From contig CAVYNY010000020.1 of the NCBI GenBank assembly GCA_963769935.1, positions 32,001-96,000 of the forward strand: DNA of 64,000 bases, in the 5' to 3' direction. Positions within the stretch are counted from its first letter, which is position 1; every line of letters begins with the position of its first letter. This stretch comes from an uncultured delta proteobacterium. Its GTDB lineage: Bacteria; Desulfobacterota; Desulfobacteria; Desulfobacterales; JAFDCJ01. The notes below the pieces were generated by a model. The model was not told where the DNA came from. It ran no database searches and saw only the letters and a program-made list of their open reading frames with translations. Of the stretch, positions 9,416-19,817 are shown one piece after another. Made by a program: the position numbers and the translations under genes.

Positions 9416-10182
9416 GGTGACGCCCTCCCATATAGGCTTCAATGACATTCTGGTCGGCAGCAATTTGAGCCGGTGGGCCCTCGGCGATCTTCTCACCGTG
9501 GTCCAGCACGACAATGCGATCGGATAGCGTCATGACGACCTTCATTTTATGCTCAATGACCACTACGGTATGCCCGCGATTCCGGATCAAGCGGATCAGA
9601 TCGACGATACCCTGGGTTTCATGGGGATTCATTCCGGCGGTCGGTTCATCCAGTAAAATCAGACGGGGTTCGGATACCAGCGCCCGGGCAATTTCAAGAC
9701 GCCGGCGATTCGCGTAGGAAAGCATATCGGCATCCTGCGTCAACCGCGGCAGAAGTCTTTCACCGAACAAGTGAAATCACCTCCCGACATTTTTCCCTTG
9801 AAGCCATCTCCTCCCGGCCGACCCGGGGAGGACGAAAAAGGGCGCTGAAAATCCCCGTGCGGCCTTTATAATCGTTGCCCACCATGACATTGTCCATGAC
9901 CGTCATGCGATTAAACAGGCGGATGTGCTGGAAGGTGCGCGCTATTCCGCAGCGGGCCACTTCATGGGGCTGCAGGCCGACCAACTCGTTCCCCTGAAAT
10001 TTAATTGAGCCGGTGTTCGGCGGCATGGTTCCCGTAATGCAGTTAAACAGGGTCGTCTTGCCGGCGCCATTGGGCCCGATCAGGCTGATGATATCCCCCG
10101 CATTAATTTGCACGGAAACATTGTGAAGCGCCGCAAGTCCCCCGAATTCCTTGGTTACATTTGTGATTTCCAGCAAAGCCAT
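9399..10182 (-). CDS. livG: Liv-type ABC ATPase, one apparent +1 indel near 9770
   Basis: GPNGAGKTT, RTFQ in ORF 9760-10182; LDEPTAGMN in ORF 9399-9770. Confidence 0.85.
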
Positions 10183-10225
10183 CGAAACGCTTCCGAGTTT
10201 TCAGGTTTATAATGACCCCGGCAAA

Positions 10226-10268
10226 GAATTGCCTAAATTGCCTAAAATGCACTAAAATGCCTAAAATT
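10226..10268. repeat. About 9-bp tandem repeat (TGCCTAAAW) x4 inside the liv operon
   Basis: ttgcctaaa ttgcctaaa atgcactaaa atgcctaaa. Confidence 0.75.
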
Positions 10269-10321
10269 AATGCTGTTAATCGTTTAATGGGTTTATTGAA
10301 TTCAGCTCCAACTCAATCAAC

Positions 10322-11342
10322 TTATTCAGCGTCATCGTCAGGCAGGAATTTATCCCCCCTGGTGTAGACCGTCTTTTGTCGATCGTCAAACCAGGGCAGC
10401 CTCAGGCTGTAGTTTTTACCGCCCAGCAGACCCTGGCGGCGTACCAGCATCATAACGACCAAAATACCGCCGTAAACCAGCATGCGGTATTCCTGCATAA
10501 AGCGAAACACTTCCGGAATAATAACCAGCACAGCGGCACCGACCACCGGGCCGATCAGGTTGCCCTGCCCGCCAAAAGCCAGCATGGCAAGCAGAATGAA
10601 CGACTCGTATATATAAAAGCTGTCCGGGCTGACAAATTTGACGAAATGAGCATAGTAACTGCCGGCAATCCCGGCATAAAATGCCGCCAGCACAAAGGCC
10701 TGAATCTTATATCTGGTTGTGTTCACCCCCATGGCTTCGGCGGCCAGCTCGTTTTCACGGATTCTCACCAGCGCCCGGCCGAATCGGCAGGACATGAGGC
10801 GCTGCATGCTGCCGATGGTCAGCAGCACCAGAAAAAAGATCAGGTAGTAGTATTGCACCCGGGATTCAATCGCGTAGCCGAAAATACTGGGCGATGGAAT
10901 ATCCATGATGCCCAACGGACCGTTGGTAAAGCTCATCCAATTTTGCAGCACCAGAAAAAAGATCATGTTAAAGCCCAGGGTAGCCATCGTCATGTAAATC
11001 CCCGAAAGTCGCAAGCGTGGGTTTGGCGATCAGGTATCCGCAAACACCGGCCACCGACCCCCGCGCCCAGCATGGCCAGGGGAAACGGCAGCCCCGCCTC
11101 CATGACTAATTTGGCCGACGCATAGGCGCCGATGCCGTAAAACGCGGCATGGCCGATGGAAAGCAGACCCACGTACCCGTTTAACAGGTTTAAGCTCAGG
11201 GTCAGGATAGATATAGATGCCGATGAAAATCAGTACCTGAATGTAGTACTGATTGCTGATAAACAGGGGCATGAGTGCCATTATCGCGACAATGGCGAGA
11301 TAGGGCAAGATTGGCCAGGATCTGTCGCAAGGCGTGTGTCAT
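10322..11342 (-). CDS. livM: Liv-type ABC permease, about four apparent +1 indels
   Basis: Reconstructs as SLNLLNGYVGLLSIGHAAFYGIGAY, RLSGIYMTMATLGF, IRENELAAEAMG. Confidence 0.8.
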
Positions 11343-12250
11343 CAATCCCCCCGGGCCTGAATAAGCTCCCTGCCGCCGAACAATCCTCCCGGCCGGAAGA
11401 GCAGGATCAGAATCATAAACAGGAAGGAAAATAAATGACGAAAATTGGAGGCGCCAAATTCCACCGAAAACGTTTCGACAATACCGATGATGCAGGCCGG
11501 CCACCACCGCTCCGGGCAAGCTGGTGAGCCCGCCGACGACGCTTGCGCTGAATGCTTTCAGACCATAAAGCCCACCCATCGTTGGATAGAATAAATTGTA
11601 ATAAACACCGACCAGAACGCCGGCCACGCCGCCCAGCATGGAGCCGATGGCAAAAGCGACCATAAAGATACCGTTTACGCCGACGCCCATGGCATAGGCG
11701 GCTTCATAATCCTGGGCGGTTGCCCTGATCACCATTCCGAGCTTGGTTTTGTTGATCAGGAGATACAGCAGCGCCATCAGCAGCACGGTCACTCCGAGAA
11801 CCGTCATTTGCAGGTAACTGAAATATAGATGCCGCCGATTTCGATTTCGCCATAATCCATTTTGTCCAGAAGGGAATAGGGAATAGCTTGCGTTTCGGGA
11901 CCCCAGATCAGCTGGGCCAGGTTGACCAGCAGGATGGAAATGCCGATGGTGACCAGCAAAGAGGTGGCATGCGGGGCATCCCGCAGAAAGTGAAAAGCCA
12001 GAATTTCGATGATAACGCCCAACAGGGCGGTGGCGGCCATGGCCACCGCCAGCGCCAGAAAAAAACTGGGGTGCAGCAGCCTTATCACTTCAAAGCCGAC
12101 ATAAGCCCCGATCATGTAAACTTCCCCATGGGCAAAGGTCACCATGCGCAGCGTTCCGAATATCATGGTAAATCCCAACGCCAGCAGGGCGTATACACTG
12201 CCCTGGGTGATTCCATTGATCAACTGCTCAAAGAGGATTTGAATGTCCAT
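11342..12250 (-). CDS. livH: Liv-type ABC permease, apparent indels near 11815 and 11492
   Basis: QLINGITQGSVYALLALGFT, FAHGE, IRATAQD, reconstructed LLFRPGGLFG. Confidence 0.8.
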
Positions 12251-12344
12251 CGGGGTTCTGACACATTCAAAATGCGAAAGCACGAAATTTTTTACATCGT
12301 CTTCGTGCTTCCGCGATGAATTCCGTTAGGATGCGGGTGGTCAT

Positions 12345-13478
12345 CTACGGCTGATACAGGACCCACTCGCCGTTTTTGATTGTGATCCTGACCAGCTCTT
12401 TTTCCGGATCATGACCGTTGGCGTATGAAATGGATCCGGTAGCACCTTGAAACCCCCGCAGGGACTCCAGGCCATATTTGACTTGGGAGCGATCCTCGAC
12501 GCCCACTTTATGCAGCGCAGCAACCATCAGATTGGCGGCATCATAGGCCAGAGCGGCGAACTGATTCGGCTCGGTACCGTAATGAGCCTGATATTCCCGG
12601 GTAAATTCCTGGGCCGCGGGCCTGGGATCCGCACTGAAATAATTGGCCGGAATAATAATGCCTTCAACGGCATCGCCGCCCAGTTCGATCGTCTTCTGGG
12701 AGAAAAGCGAACTGTTGGCCATCACCATGGGTTGAAATCGCATGCGTTTGGCCTGATTCAAAATGGCAGCGGCATCCGCATAAAAAGTGGGCAGATATAT
12801 CAGATCCGGCTTGAGGCCTTTCAATTTCGTCAAAATTGCCGTAAAGTCTTTTTCACCGGGCACAAATGCCTCTTCGGCGACAATCTCGGCGCCGAGGTTG
12901 CGTGCCTCCTGGGTGAAGTATTTATTGGCGTCCACTCCCCAGTCATTGTTGATATAAATTGTGGCGAGTCTCTTTTTGCCGAGATCTTTTACCGCCCACC
13001 TGGCATTATAAGGCCCTTCATATCCCTGGGTGGCCACGACGCGGAACATGTTGCGGCCCTTCTTGGTAAAGTCCATATGGGAAGCTGTGGGTGAGAGCTG
13101 GGTCATGTCGGCCTTTTCATAAATCGGGGCGGCCGCCATGCAGCTGGAGCTGCTGAAGTCCCCGATTTCGGCAATAACATCGGGATCGGAAACAAATTTT
13201 TCCGCGATCAGCACGGATTCTTTGGGATCGCCGCGGCTGTCTGAAACTACCAGCTCGACCATTTTGCCGTGAATGCCGCCCATGCGGTTGACCCGGTCGA
13301 GGACCATCGTGACCGACCGTTTGAAATCATTGCCGTATTCGGCCCAGTCTCCGGTCAGCGGTGCCGACAAACCGATTTTTACGACATCCTGGGCTGCCGA
13401 CGCGTGGAAGGCCCCCGCTGTTGATAGGCTCAGTGCCAACAGACCAAGTCCGAGGTATAATAAAGTCTTTCTGATCAT
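12345..13478 (-). CDS. Liv-type ABC substrate-binding protein
   Basis: Signal peptide; KIGLSAPLTG, DSRGDP, AYDA. Confidence 0.9.
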   Translation of the reverse strand: MIRKTLLYLGLGLLALSLSTAGAFHASAAQDVVKIGLSAPLTGDWAEYGNDFKRSVTMVLDRVNRMGGIHGKMVELVVSDSRGDPKESVLIAEKFVSDPDVIAEIGDFSSSSCMAAAPIYEKADMTQLSPTASHMDFTKKGRNMFRVVATQGYEGPYNARWAVKDLGKKRLATIYINNDWGVDANKYFTQEARNLGAEIVAEEAFVPGEKDFTAILTKLKGLKPDLIYLPTFYADAAAILNQAKRMRFQPMVMANSSLFSQKTIELGGDAVEGIIIPANYFSADPRPAAQEFTREYQAHYGTEPNQFAALAYDAANLMVAALHKVGVEDRSQVKYGLESLRGFQGATGSISYANGHDPEKELVRITIKNGEWVLYQP

Positions 13479-13796
13479 AACTGCCTCCTTTGCTAGAATT
13501 TTATCTGTAATTTTCTGATATTTTTATTATTTATATGAGCGGACAGATGTCAAGCAGATTTTCATTAAAAGTGTTTTTCCTCACTTTTTCACTACCCTGC
13601 CAATTCCGTTGCAATATATTCAATTTTTGATATAAAAAGTCTTCGTATATTCCAATATCCCATGGAATTTATTTACGGCATCCGCTTTCGGATTATCTGT
13701 GACCTGGCGCAGAGGACCAGGGTTTTCAATGCCAGAAAAAAGGGCGGTGCCGAAATTGGCTAAATAATAGTTTCTTCAACTCGGAATAAATCAAAT

Positions 13797-14840
13797 ATGG
13801 TGGATTTCGATCGCAATAAAATCACCCAGGTCTTTCTGGGGATCCTGGTGCTGGTGGCCGTCGGTGTTGTGCTGAAATATGCTGCTACCGTCATATTGCC
13901 GTTGATTATAGCCTGGCTGCTGTCCTTTGTAATTGCACCGGTGGTAAATTTCATGACAGCCAGAAAGGTTCCGACAACCTTGGCGGTCTTTATCGTCCTG
14001 ATTGTCCTGCTGGGGATTATTTATTTGTCGGGGACCTTTCTGTATACCCGAATCTCGGCTTTTGCGGCGGCCTATCCCCGATATCATTCACGGATGACGG
14101 AATTGATCGGCGCTGTATCGAGTCGATTGAATTTAAGCTTCGATCCGCTGGCCGGCTTTAACTGGGGACAGAGTATCGGCCAATTTTTGATGACATTGTC
14201 CGGGTCCATTTTTGCATTCGTTTCCAAGCTGGTGCTGGTGGTCATATTTCTTTTTTTTATTCTGCTCGGCAAGCCCTTTTTTAAATACAAAATATTAAAA
14301 TCGTTTTCGGATGACAAAGCCAACCAGTTCAGCCAGATCACATTTTCGATTACGGCCCAGATTCGACGCTATTTATCGCTGCAATTTTTAATCAGTTTTG
14401 TAACCGGGTGTCTGGTGTGGTTGGCGCTGGTAATGATCGGTGTGGATTTTGCGGTGACCTGGGGGGCGCTGGCTTTTTTTCTAAATTTTATTCCGACCGT
14501 CGGGTCTATCGCCGCATCCCTGCCTCCTATTCTTTTAGCCCTGGTTCAATTTTATCCGAGCATCTGGCCCGGCGTCCTGACGCTGCTGTCGATTTTGACG
14601 ATCCAGCTGGGTATGGGCAACGGCATTGCCCCTAAAGTTTTGGGGGATCAATTAAATCTCAGTCCGGTGGTGATTCTGCTGTCTTTGTTATTCTGGGGTT
14701 GGCTTTGGGGAATTGTCGGCGCCCTGCTTTCGGTCCCGATTACAGCGGCCTTGAAAATCGTGTGTGAAAATATTGAACCCCTCCAGCCGATCAGCGTGAT
14801 GATGGGTTCCGGGAAAAGTTACCGGCCTAAATTCAGGTGA
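13797..14840 (+). CDS. AI-2E family transporter
   Basis: FLNFIPTVG, LNLSPVVILLSLLFWGWLWGIVGALLSVP. Confidence 0.92.
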   Translation: MVDFDRNKITQVFLGILVLVAVGVVLKYAATVILPLIIAWLLSFVIAPVVNFMTARKVPTTLAVFIVLIVLLGIIYLSGTFLYTRISAFAAAYPRYHSRMTELIGAVSSRLNLSFDPLAGFNWGQSIGQFLMTLSGSIFAFVSKLVLVVIFLFFILLGKPFFKYKILKSFSDDKANQFSQITFSITAQIRRYLSLQFLISFVTGCLVWLALVMIGVDFAVTWGALAFFLNFIPTVGSIAASLPPILLALVQFYPSIWPGVLTLLSILTIQLGMGNGIAPKVLGDQLNLSPVVILLSLLFWGWLWGIVGALLSVPITAALKIVCENIEPLQPISVMMGSGKSYRPKFR

Positions 14841-14912
14841 GAAGTCGAAGATATTCTTGTAAGGATAACATCAAACTCTATGCGCATTGCTCCATGCGCT
14901 TTGCTTTTTCGC

Positions 14913-15524
14913 CTATTCCCAGCCGGCTTCCTTTTTCAATGATTTCAGTGTCAAAATAAGGCAGGCTTTCAGCGTGTCGTTGACCCCATGGCCGCTTACG
15001 GCGCTGGCCGAAAAAGCAGGGGCTTTAAGCTGTCGGTTGTACGCATGCTGCATCTCCTCGACCGACATCAGAGGTACCCCCTCTTTGGCCAGATCTCTTT
15101 TATTCCACTGCATGACCAGCGGAAGCTTCATAATATTCAGACCATAGCCTTTTATATTTTCGGCCAGATTTTTTAAGGATAGGATGTTTTTTTCATGACG
15201 GATTTTAAGGGAGTCGGCAACAAAGACGACGCCATCCACACCTTTTAAGACGAGTTTGCGGGTCGAATTGTATTTCACCTGGCCGGGTACCGTATAAAGC
15301 TGAATTCGGACATCACACCCTTTGATTTTACCGGCTTCCATGGGGACAAAGTCAAAAAAGATCGTCAGATCTCCTTTGGTTTTGATGGAAACCATTTCAT
15401 CGGTCATTAATTTGCGGCTGTTTTTGAATACATATTCCAGGTTGGTCGTTTTGCCGCATCTACCCGGTCCATAGTAGACGATCTTGCACTCAACTTCTCT
15501 TTTTTTCAGATTAATTATCGCCAT
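14913..15524 (-). CDS. mglA: MglA-family small GTPase, Arg53-to-Leu variant, no adjacent mglB
   Basis: KIVYYGPGRCGKTTNL, TIFFDF, LYTVPGQV, GVDGVVFVADS, NKRD. Confidence 0.9.
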   Translation of the reverse strand: MAIINLKKREVECKIVYYGPGRCGKTTNLEYVFKNSRKLMTDEMVSIKTKGDLTIFFDFVPMEAGKIKGCDVRIQLYTVPGQVKYNSTRKLVLKGVDGVVFVADSLKIRHEKNILSLKNLAENIKGYGLNIMKLPLVMQWNKRDLAKEGVPLMSVEEMQHAYNRQLKAPAFSASAVSGHGVNDTLKACLILTLKSLKKEAGWE

Positions 15525-15573
15525 AATTGGTGCAGTTCCGGGTATATTTGTTGTAATTTATCATAATTAGCCC

Positions 15574-15602
15574 ATTATAGAAAGCTGAAAATGATGTGTC
15601 AA
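15574..15602 (-). promoter_or_regulatory. Consensus sigma70 promoter of mglA
   Basis: TTGACA (15602-15597), 17-bp spacer, TATAAT (15579-15574). Confidence 0.85.
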
Positions 15603-15834
15603 GCTGCAAGACTATTTCACTGGTAAAAATTGCCGAATATTTCTACCAATCTGAAATAATTTATATATTTCTGTATTATGGCCAGGCTTTGGTCAGCGCT
15701 CCGCAGATAGCTGAGGCGCCGTCCAATCCTTGCCATGTCGCATGAAACTGCAGCGGGAGCCCTTCATTCAGCTGTTAAGTAATTATCGGCAACTTTGATG
15801 TTGACATTAACTTTTAATTTGCAGATTTTTTAAG

Positions 15835-15871
15835 AAAAAAGGGAGACAAGGTCTACGCTCATCTCCCTTTT
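15835..15871 (-). terminator. Intrinsic terminator of the aminotransferase operon
   Basis: AAGGGAGA/TCTCCCTT stem with T-run on the minus strand. Confidence 0.6.
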
Positions 15872-15934
15872 AGGGAAGCCGGCTTCAGAGTGTTTCAAAA
15901 TGCGGCCCGGGGGGTGGGTTTGGCTTAAAAACGC

Positions 15935-17323
15935 TTAATTTTTCTTATATTCACAACTTCTGGCTGCCGGCACATCGGTTTCGACAGCTTCTTTGTCGCC
16001 GATTTCCAGTGATTTATCCAGGATGTGGATCGCTTCATCGATTTGGTCTTCGGTTATGATCAGCGGCGGGGTGATCACAAGCGTATCATACCAGGAGGAC
16101 AGATACAGTCCGTTTTTCATGGCATCGCCGGATATTTTACCGGTCATCAGGGCTTTGCCGCTGAACTTTTCGGCTTTGGTGTCAAAGGGTTCTTTGGTCT
16201 TGCGGTTCTTTACGATCTCAAGGGCCCAGAAGTGACCGACTCCTCTGACGTCTCCAATGCAAATGTGCCTGTCGGCCAGTTCATATAGTTTTTGCTTTAA
16301 ATGTTCACTGGCTTTTTGAGGCATCCCGGAGTCAAATAATTTGACGTGTTCGGAAATAGCGGCTGGAATGGCGGAGGCCGCCAGCGCATGATAGGCAAAG
16401 GTGTGACCATGGCAGAAGACTTCTTCTTCAAAGAAGTCTGCCACTTTCTGCGTAGAGGCTGTGATCGCTACCGGGGTATACGCCGCGCTGGCGCCTTTGG
16501 CCGTTGTCAGAATGTCAGGCAGAACATCCCAGTGCTGAATGGCAAAGGTTTTGCCGGTGCGGAACCAACCGGACATGACCTCGTCGCAGACAAATAGCAC
16601 ATCGTGTTCATCACAAATCCGGCGTATGATCGGATAGTATTCCGGCGGCGGTATCATGCGGCCGTTGGTGCCCACAATCGGCTCCACGATAATAGCGGCC
16701 ACATTGCCCTCTTCTTTGATCATATAATCAAGGTAGCGGGCACATTGTACATTGCATTCCGGATACGTAATGCCGAACGGGCATCGGTAACAGTAATTGT
16801 CCGGTGCAAATACAACTCCATCCACGACGGTGCGGGCCAGCTCTGCATACCAGCGGCGCGGGTCGCCGGTAATGGACTGCCCCACCGCGGTAGCCCCATG
16901 GTAGGAATGGTAGCGGGAAATTACCTTATAAGCCGGAAATTTGAATTGTCTTAACATTTTCATGGCCGCTTCGTTGGCCGCGGTTCCACTGGTGGAAAAA
17001 AAGAATTTGCTGAGTTCTTTCGGAAAAACGGATCGCAAAGCCTCGACGGCCTCAATAATGATCTCCGTGGCAAAACCCGGCGCAACATAGGGCAGTTTTT
17101 CAGCCTGCTTGACGATGGCTTCGATTACAACCTTATTTTTGTGACCGAGGTTCGAACACATCAGCTGGGATGAGAAGTCAAGATAGCGTTTGCCGGTGTG
17201 ATCATAAAAATACACGCCTTCGGCGTCGGTGATCAGCAATGGGGTCGACCATGCTTTCTGACGATTCCAGGTGCCATAGGTATGGGCCGTCATTTCTTTG
17301 ATTCTGTCCTTAATGTCAGTCAT
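15935..17323 (-). CDS. Class III PLP aminotransferase (probably beta-alanine/omega-amino acid)
   Basis: SYHG, EPIVG, DEVMSGWFRTG, TTAKG, HGHT; RBS before ATG 17323. Confidence 0.9.
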   Translation of the reverse strand: MTDIKDRIKEMTAHTYGTWNRQKAWSTPLLITDAEGVYFYDHTGKRYLDFSSQLMCSNLGHKNKVVIEAIVKQAEKLPYVAPGFATEIIIEAVEALRSVFPKELSKFFFSTSGTAANEAAMKMLRQFKFPAYKVISRYHSYHGATAVGQSITGDPRRWYAELARTVVDGVVFAPDNYCYRCPFGITYPECNVQCARYLDYMIKEEGNVAAIIVEPIVGTNGRMIPPPEYYPIIRRICDEHDVLFVCDEVMSGWFRTGKTFAIQHWDVLPDILTTAKGASAAYTPVAITASTQKVADFFEEEVFCHGHTFAYHALAASAIPAAISEHVKLFDSGMPQKASEHLKQKLYELADRHICIGDVRGVGHFWALEIVKNRKTKEPFDTKAEKFSGKALMTGKISGDAMKNGLYLSSWYDTLVITPPLIITEDQIDEAIHILDKSLEIGDKEAVETDVPAARSCEYKKN

Positions 17324-17366
17324 ATTTTTTGCTCCTTGTTGATTTCGGTTATCCGGCCGCCGCGGT

Positions 17367-17795
17367 TCATAGAGCCGCGAGCTTTTCACGGTGAGCTTTA
17401 TGTTTTTTGCCGATTGTTTTTAAAGCGCGGGACACCTCCGGCTGCGCTTTGATTTTTTCAGCGGCCTCGGTATAATAGCGTTCGGCTCTGTCTGCCAGCC
17501 GCCTGGCCGTCGCCAGAGCATCCTTCACACCCATGCGGCCTGCCTCGCCGCATTCCTCGCAATAAGGCGCACGCGTAAAATCTTTTATAGGTTCTAAAAT
17601 CATTTCGGTGACGTTTTCCCGTCGGGTGCGTTCCACAGCTTTTATATTCTTACCGGCGTCGGATGCAAATTGCTCAAACATCTCTTTGTATTCGGCGCAG
17701 GCCGGATTGCCGGCGATCGCTGCAAAGAAAGTCTGATCCTGTTTTTCCAGCTCTGCGGCGAAATTGAGTACACTTCCAAAGTTCTCAAGAGGCAT
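17367..17795 (-). CDS. Ferritin/rubrerythrin-like helical protein
   Basis: FAAELEKQDQTFF...AERYYTEAAEK pattern; AAGGAG before ATG 17795. Confidence 0.65.
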   Translation of the reverse strand: MPLENFGSVLNFAAELEKQDQTFFAAIAGNPACAEYKEMFEQFASDAGKNIKAVERTRRENVTEMILEPIKDFTRAPYCEECGEAGRMGVKDALATARRLADRAERYYTEAAEKIKAQPEVSRALKTIGKKHKAHREKLAAL

Positions 17796-17811
17796 GGTTG
17801 TCTCCTTTGCA

Positions 17812-18003
17812 AGAGTTGCGTGTTCGTTACGTGTTGCGAGTTGCGTGTTACGAGGTGCGAGTTGCGTGTTGCACGGTGCTGTGTTACGCATTGCGCATAA
17901 GGGTTGCAGGAATATTACGGGTTTCCAGATTGCTCGCTTAGCAATATAAGTGTAAAAGAAGTCGTCCTTTAACCCGTAACCCAAAGCCGTAGACCCGTAA
18001 CGC
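17812..18003. repeat. 7-bp tandem array (GTTRCGW), about 11 units, with degenerate inverse array
   Basis: gttgcgt gttcgt tacgt gttgcga gttgcgt gttacga ggtgcga gttgcgt; inverse cccgtaac units at 17971-18003. Confidence 0.8.
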
Positions 18004-18007
18004 GTTC

Positions 18008-19489
18008 TTAAAACCAGCGCTGAATGACCACCTTGGTATCCGTAAAGAAATTAAAAATTTCCTGACCATGGGCTTTGGTGTCGCCAAAAAAAGAGTTGCC
18101 GGCACCGCCAAAGGGAAAGAAACTCATCGGGGCCGCAATGCCGATATTTATGCCGACCATGCTGGGCAAAACCCGATATTTAAATTCACGCGCGGTCGCA
18201 CCATCACTGGTATAGATACAGGCTGCGTTGGCAAAGCCGCGGGTATTAATCAGATCGATAACCTCGTCCAGATTTTTGGCTCGAACCACGCTCACGACGG
18301 GTCCAAAGATTTCTTCTCTGGCAATGGTCATGTCCGGTTTGACGTTATCAAAAATGGTCGGCCCGACGAAAAACCCGTTTGGGAATTCCGGCACCGTAAA
18401 ATTCCGGCCGTCCATTACCAGATCGGCACCTTCTTCGATTCCCTTTTCAATGTAGCCCAGAACTCTTTTTTTGTGCGCGGCGCTGACCACGGGTCCCATT
18501 GCCGTTTTTTCATCCAGCCCGCTGCCGACTTTCATATTTTTCGCGGCGGCACTGAATTTTTCAAGCAGTTCATCGGCAACGTCTCCCACCGGCACCAGCA
18601 CCGAACCGGAAAGGCAGCGTTGCCCGCTGCAGCCATAAAAAGAGGTAATCAAAGAGGGCATGCCGGCTTCCAGATCGGCGTCGGGCGTAACCGCCACGAT
18701 GTTTTTGGCGCCGCCCAGAGCCTGAACTCTTTTGCCGGTCGCACCACAGCGCTCATAGATATATTTTGCCGTGGGTGATGATCCGACGAAAGAGATGCCT
18801 TCGATATCGGGATGATCCAATAAGGCCGTTGACGACATCCCGGGAACCGTGCACCATGTTGACAACGCCTTCCGGGAAGCCGATTTCATCCATAATCTCA
18901 AAAATTTTGGTCTGGGTCATGGGAACCTGTTCGGACGGTTTAACGATATAGGTATTGCCGGTTACAAGGGCATAGGGCAAAAACCACCAGGCCACCATGC
19001 CCGGGAAGTTGTAGGGAACGATTGCAGGCGAAGACGCCCATGGGTTGACGGTGACCCATAGCAGTCAATGTCTTTGGCGATATCTTCAAGGGTATACCCG
19101 CACATCAAGGTGGTGACACCGGTGGCATGCTCTACATTCTCGATCATGCGCCGCACTTCCCCCCGCGCTTCGTCGATGCATTTGCCCTGCTCGGTAGTCA
19201 GAACCCGGGCGATGTCTTCAAAATTTTCTTCAAAAGCATCTTTGAGCCGGAACAGGTAGCGGGCACGGGATAGTGGCGGTGTGGTGCGCCAATTCCAGTA
19301 AGCATCCCTGGCAGCCTTGACCGCTTTGTTCACATCGTTTGCCGTTCCATAGGCTACCTGGGCTATTTTTTCACCCAGGGCCGGATTCCATACGTCACCG
19401 ATTGTTGTGGAATCGGATTCAACCCATTCACCGTTAATGTAGTTTTTCATTAACGGCAGTGATTTTTCTTTGATTGCTGGCAGCGACAT
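18008..19489 (-). CDS. mmsA: CoA-acylating (methyl)malonate-semialdehyde dehydrogenase, three apparent +1 indels
   Basis: PYNFP (reconstructed), KPSE, SFVGS, ALGGAKN, GQRC, EEIFGPV, FPFGG. Confidence 0.88.
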
Positions 19490-19599
19490 ATCGTTTCCTC
19501 CTTTGTCGGTTTGGTTTAGTTGGTAAGTGGTAATGATATATTCTGTTTTCAAGGGGCGCAGGTGAATGAACAGACTGCTGACATTACCAATTTTGAGTC

Positions 19600-19668
19600 A
19601 CTTTAGGCAATTGAAATTTCCGTGTCAAGATAATTTTTGTATTTTTCTGCGAAAAATACAAAAATTAT
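19600..19668 (-). promoter_or_regulatory. mmsA sigma70 promoter with adjoining perfect 18-bp inverted repeat (candidate operator)
   Basis: TTGACA 19628-19623, 17-bp spacer, TAAAGT; ATAATTTTTGTATTTTTC-tgc-GAAAAATACAAAAATTAT at 19630-19668. Confidence 0.7.
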
Positions 19669-19817
19669 GTAATAATTATTCGAAAAAAATTAAATCATGA
19701 TTTAATAAAAACGGTATCGGGCAAATAATGGTTGAAATATTTTTTTCTCGATGGTAGAAAATTAGAAATGACAAATGTTGAATCATTCGTCAATCATCAT
19801 TCCAAAGAGGGTGTAGA

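Noticed and set aside
9399..12250. Programmed frameshifting or true pseudogenes in liv and mmsA
   Set aside because: No slippery-site signals; the pattern fits sequencing error.
17796..17984. Long N-terminal ORF extensions (also 33064-33240 and 7444-7506)
   Set aside because: They run through repeats, and the recognisable protein starts downstream, mostly with a clear RBS.
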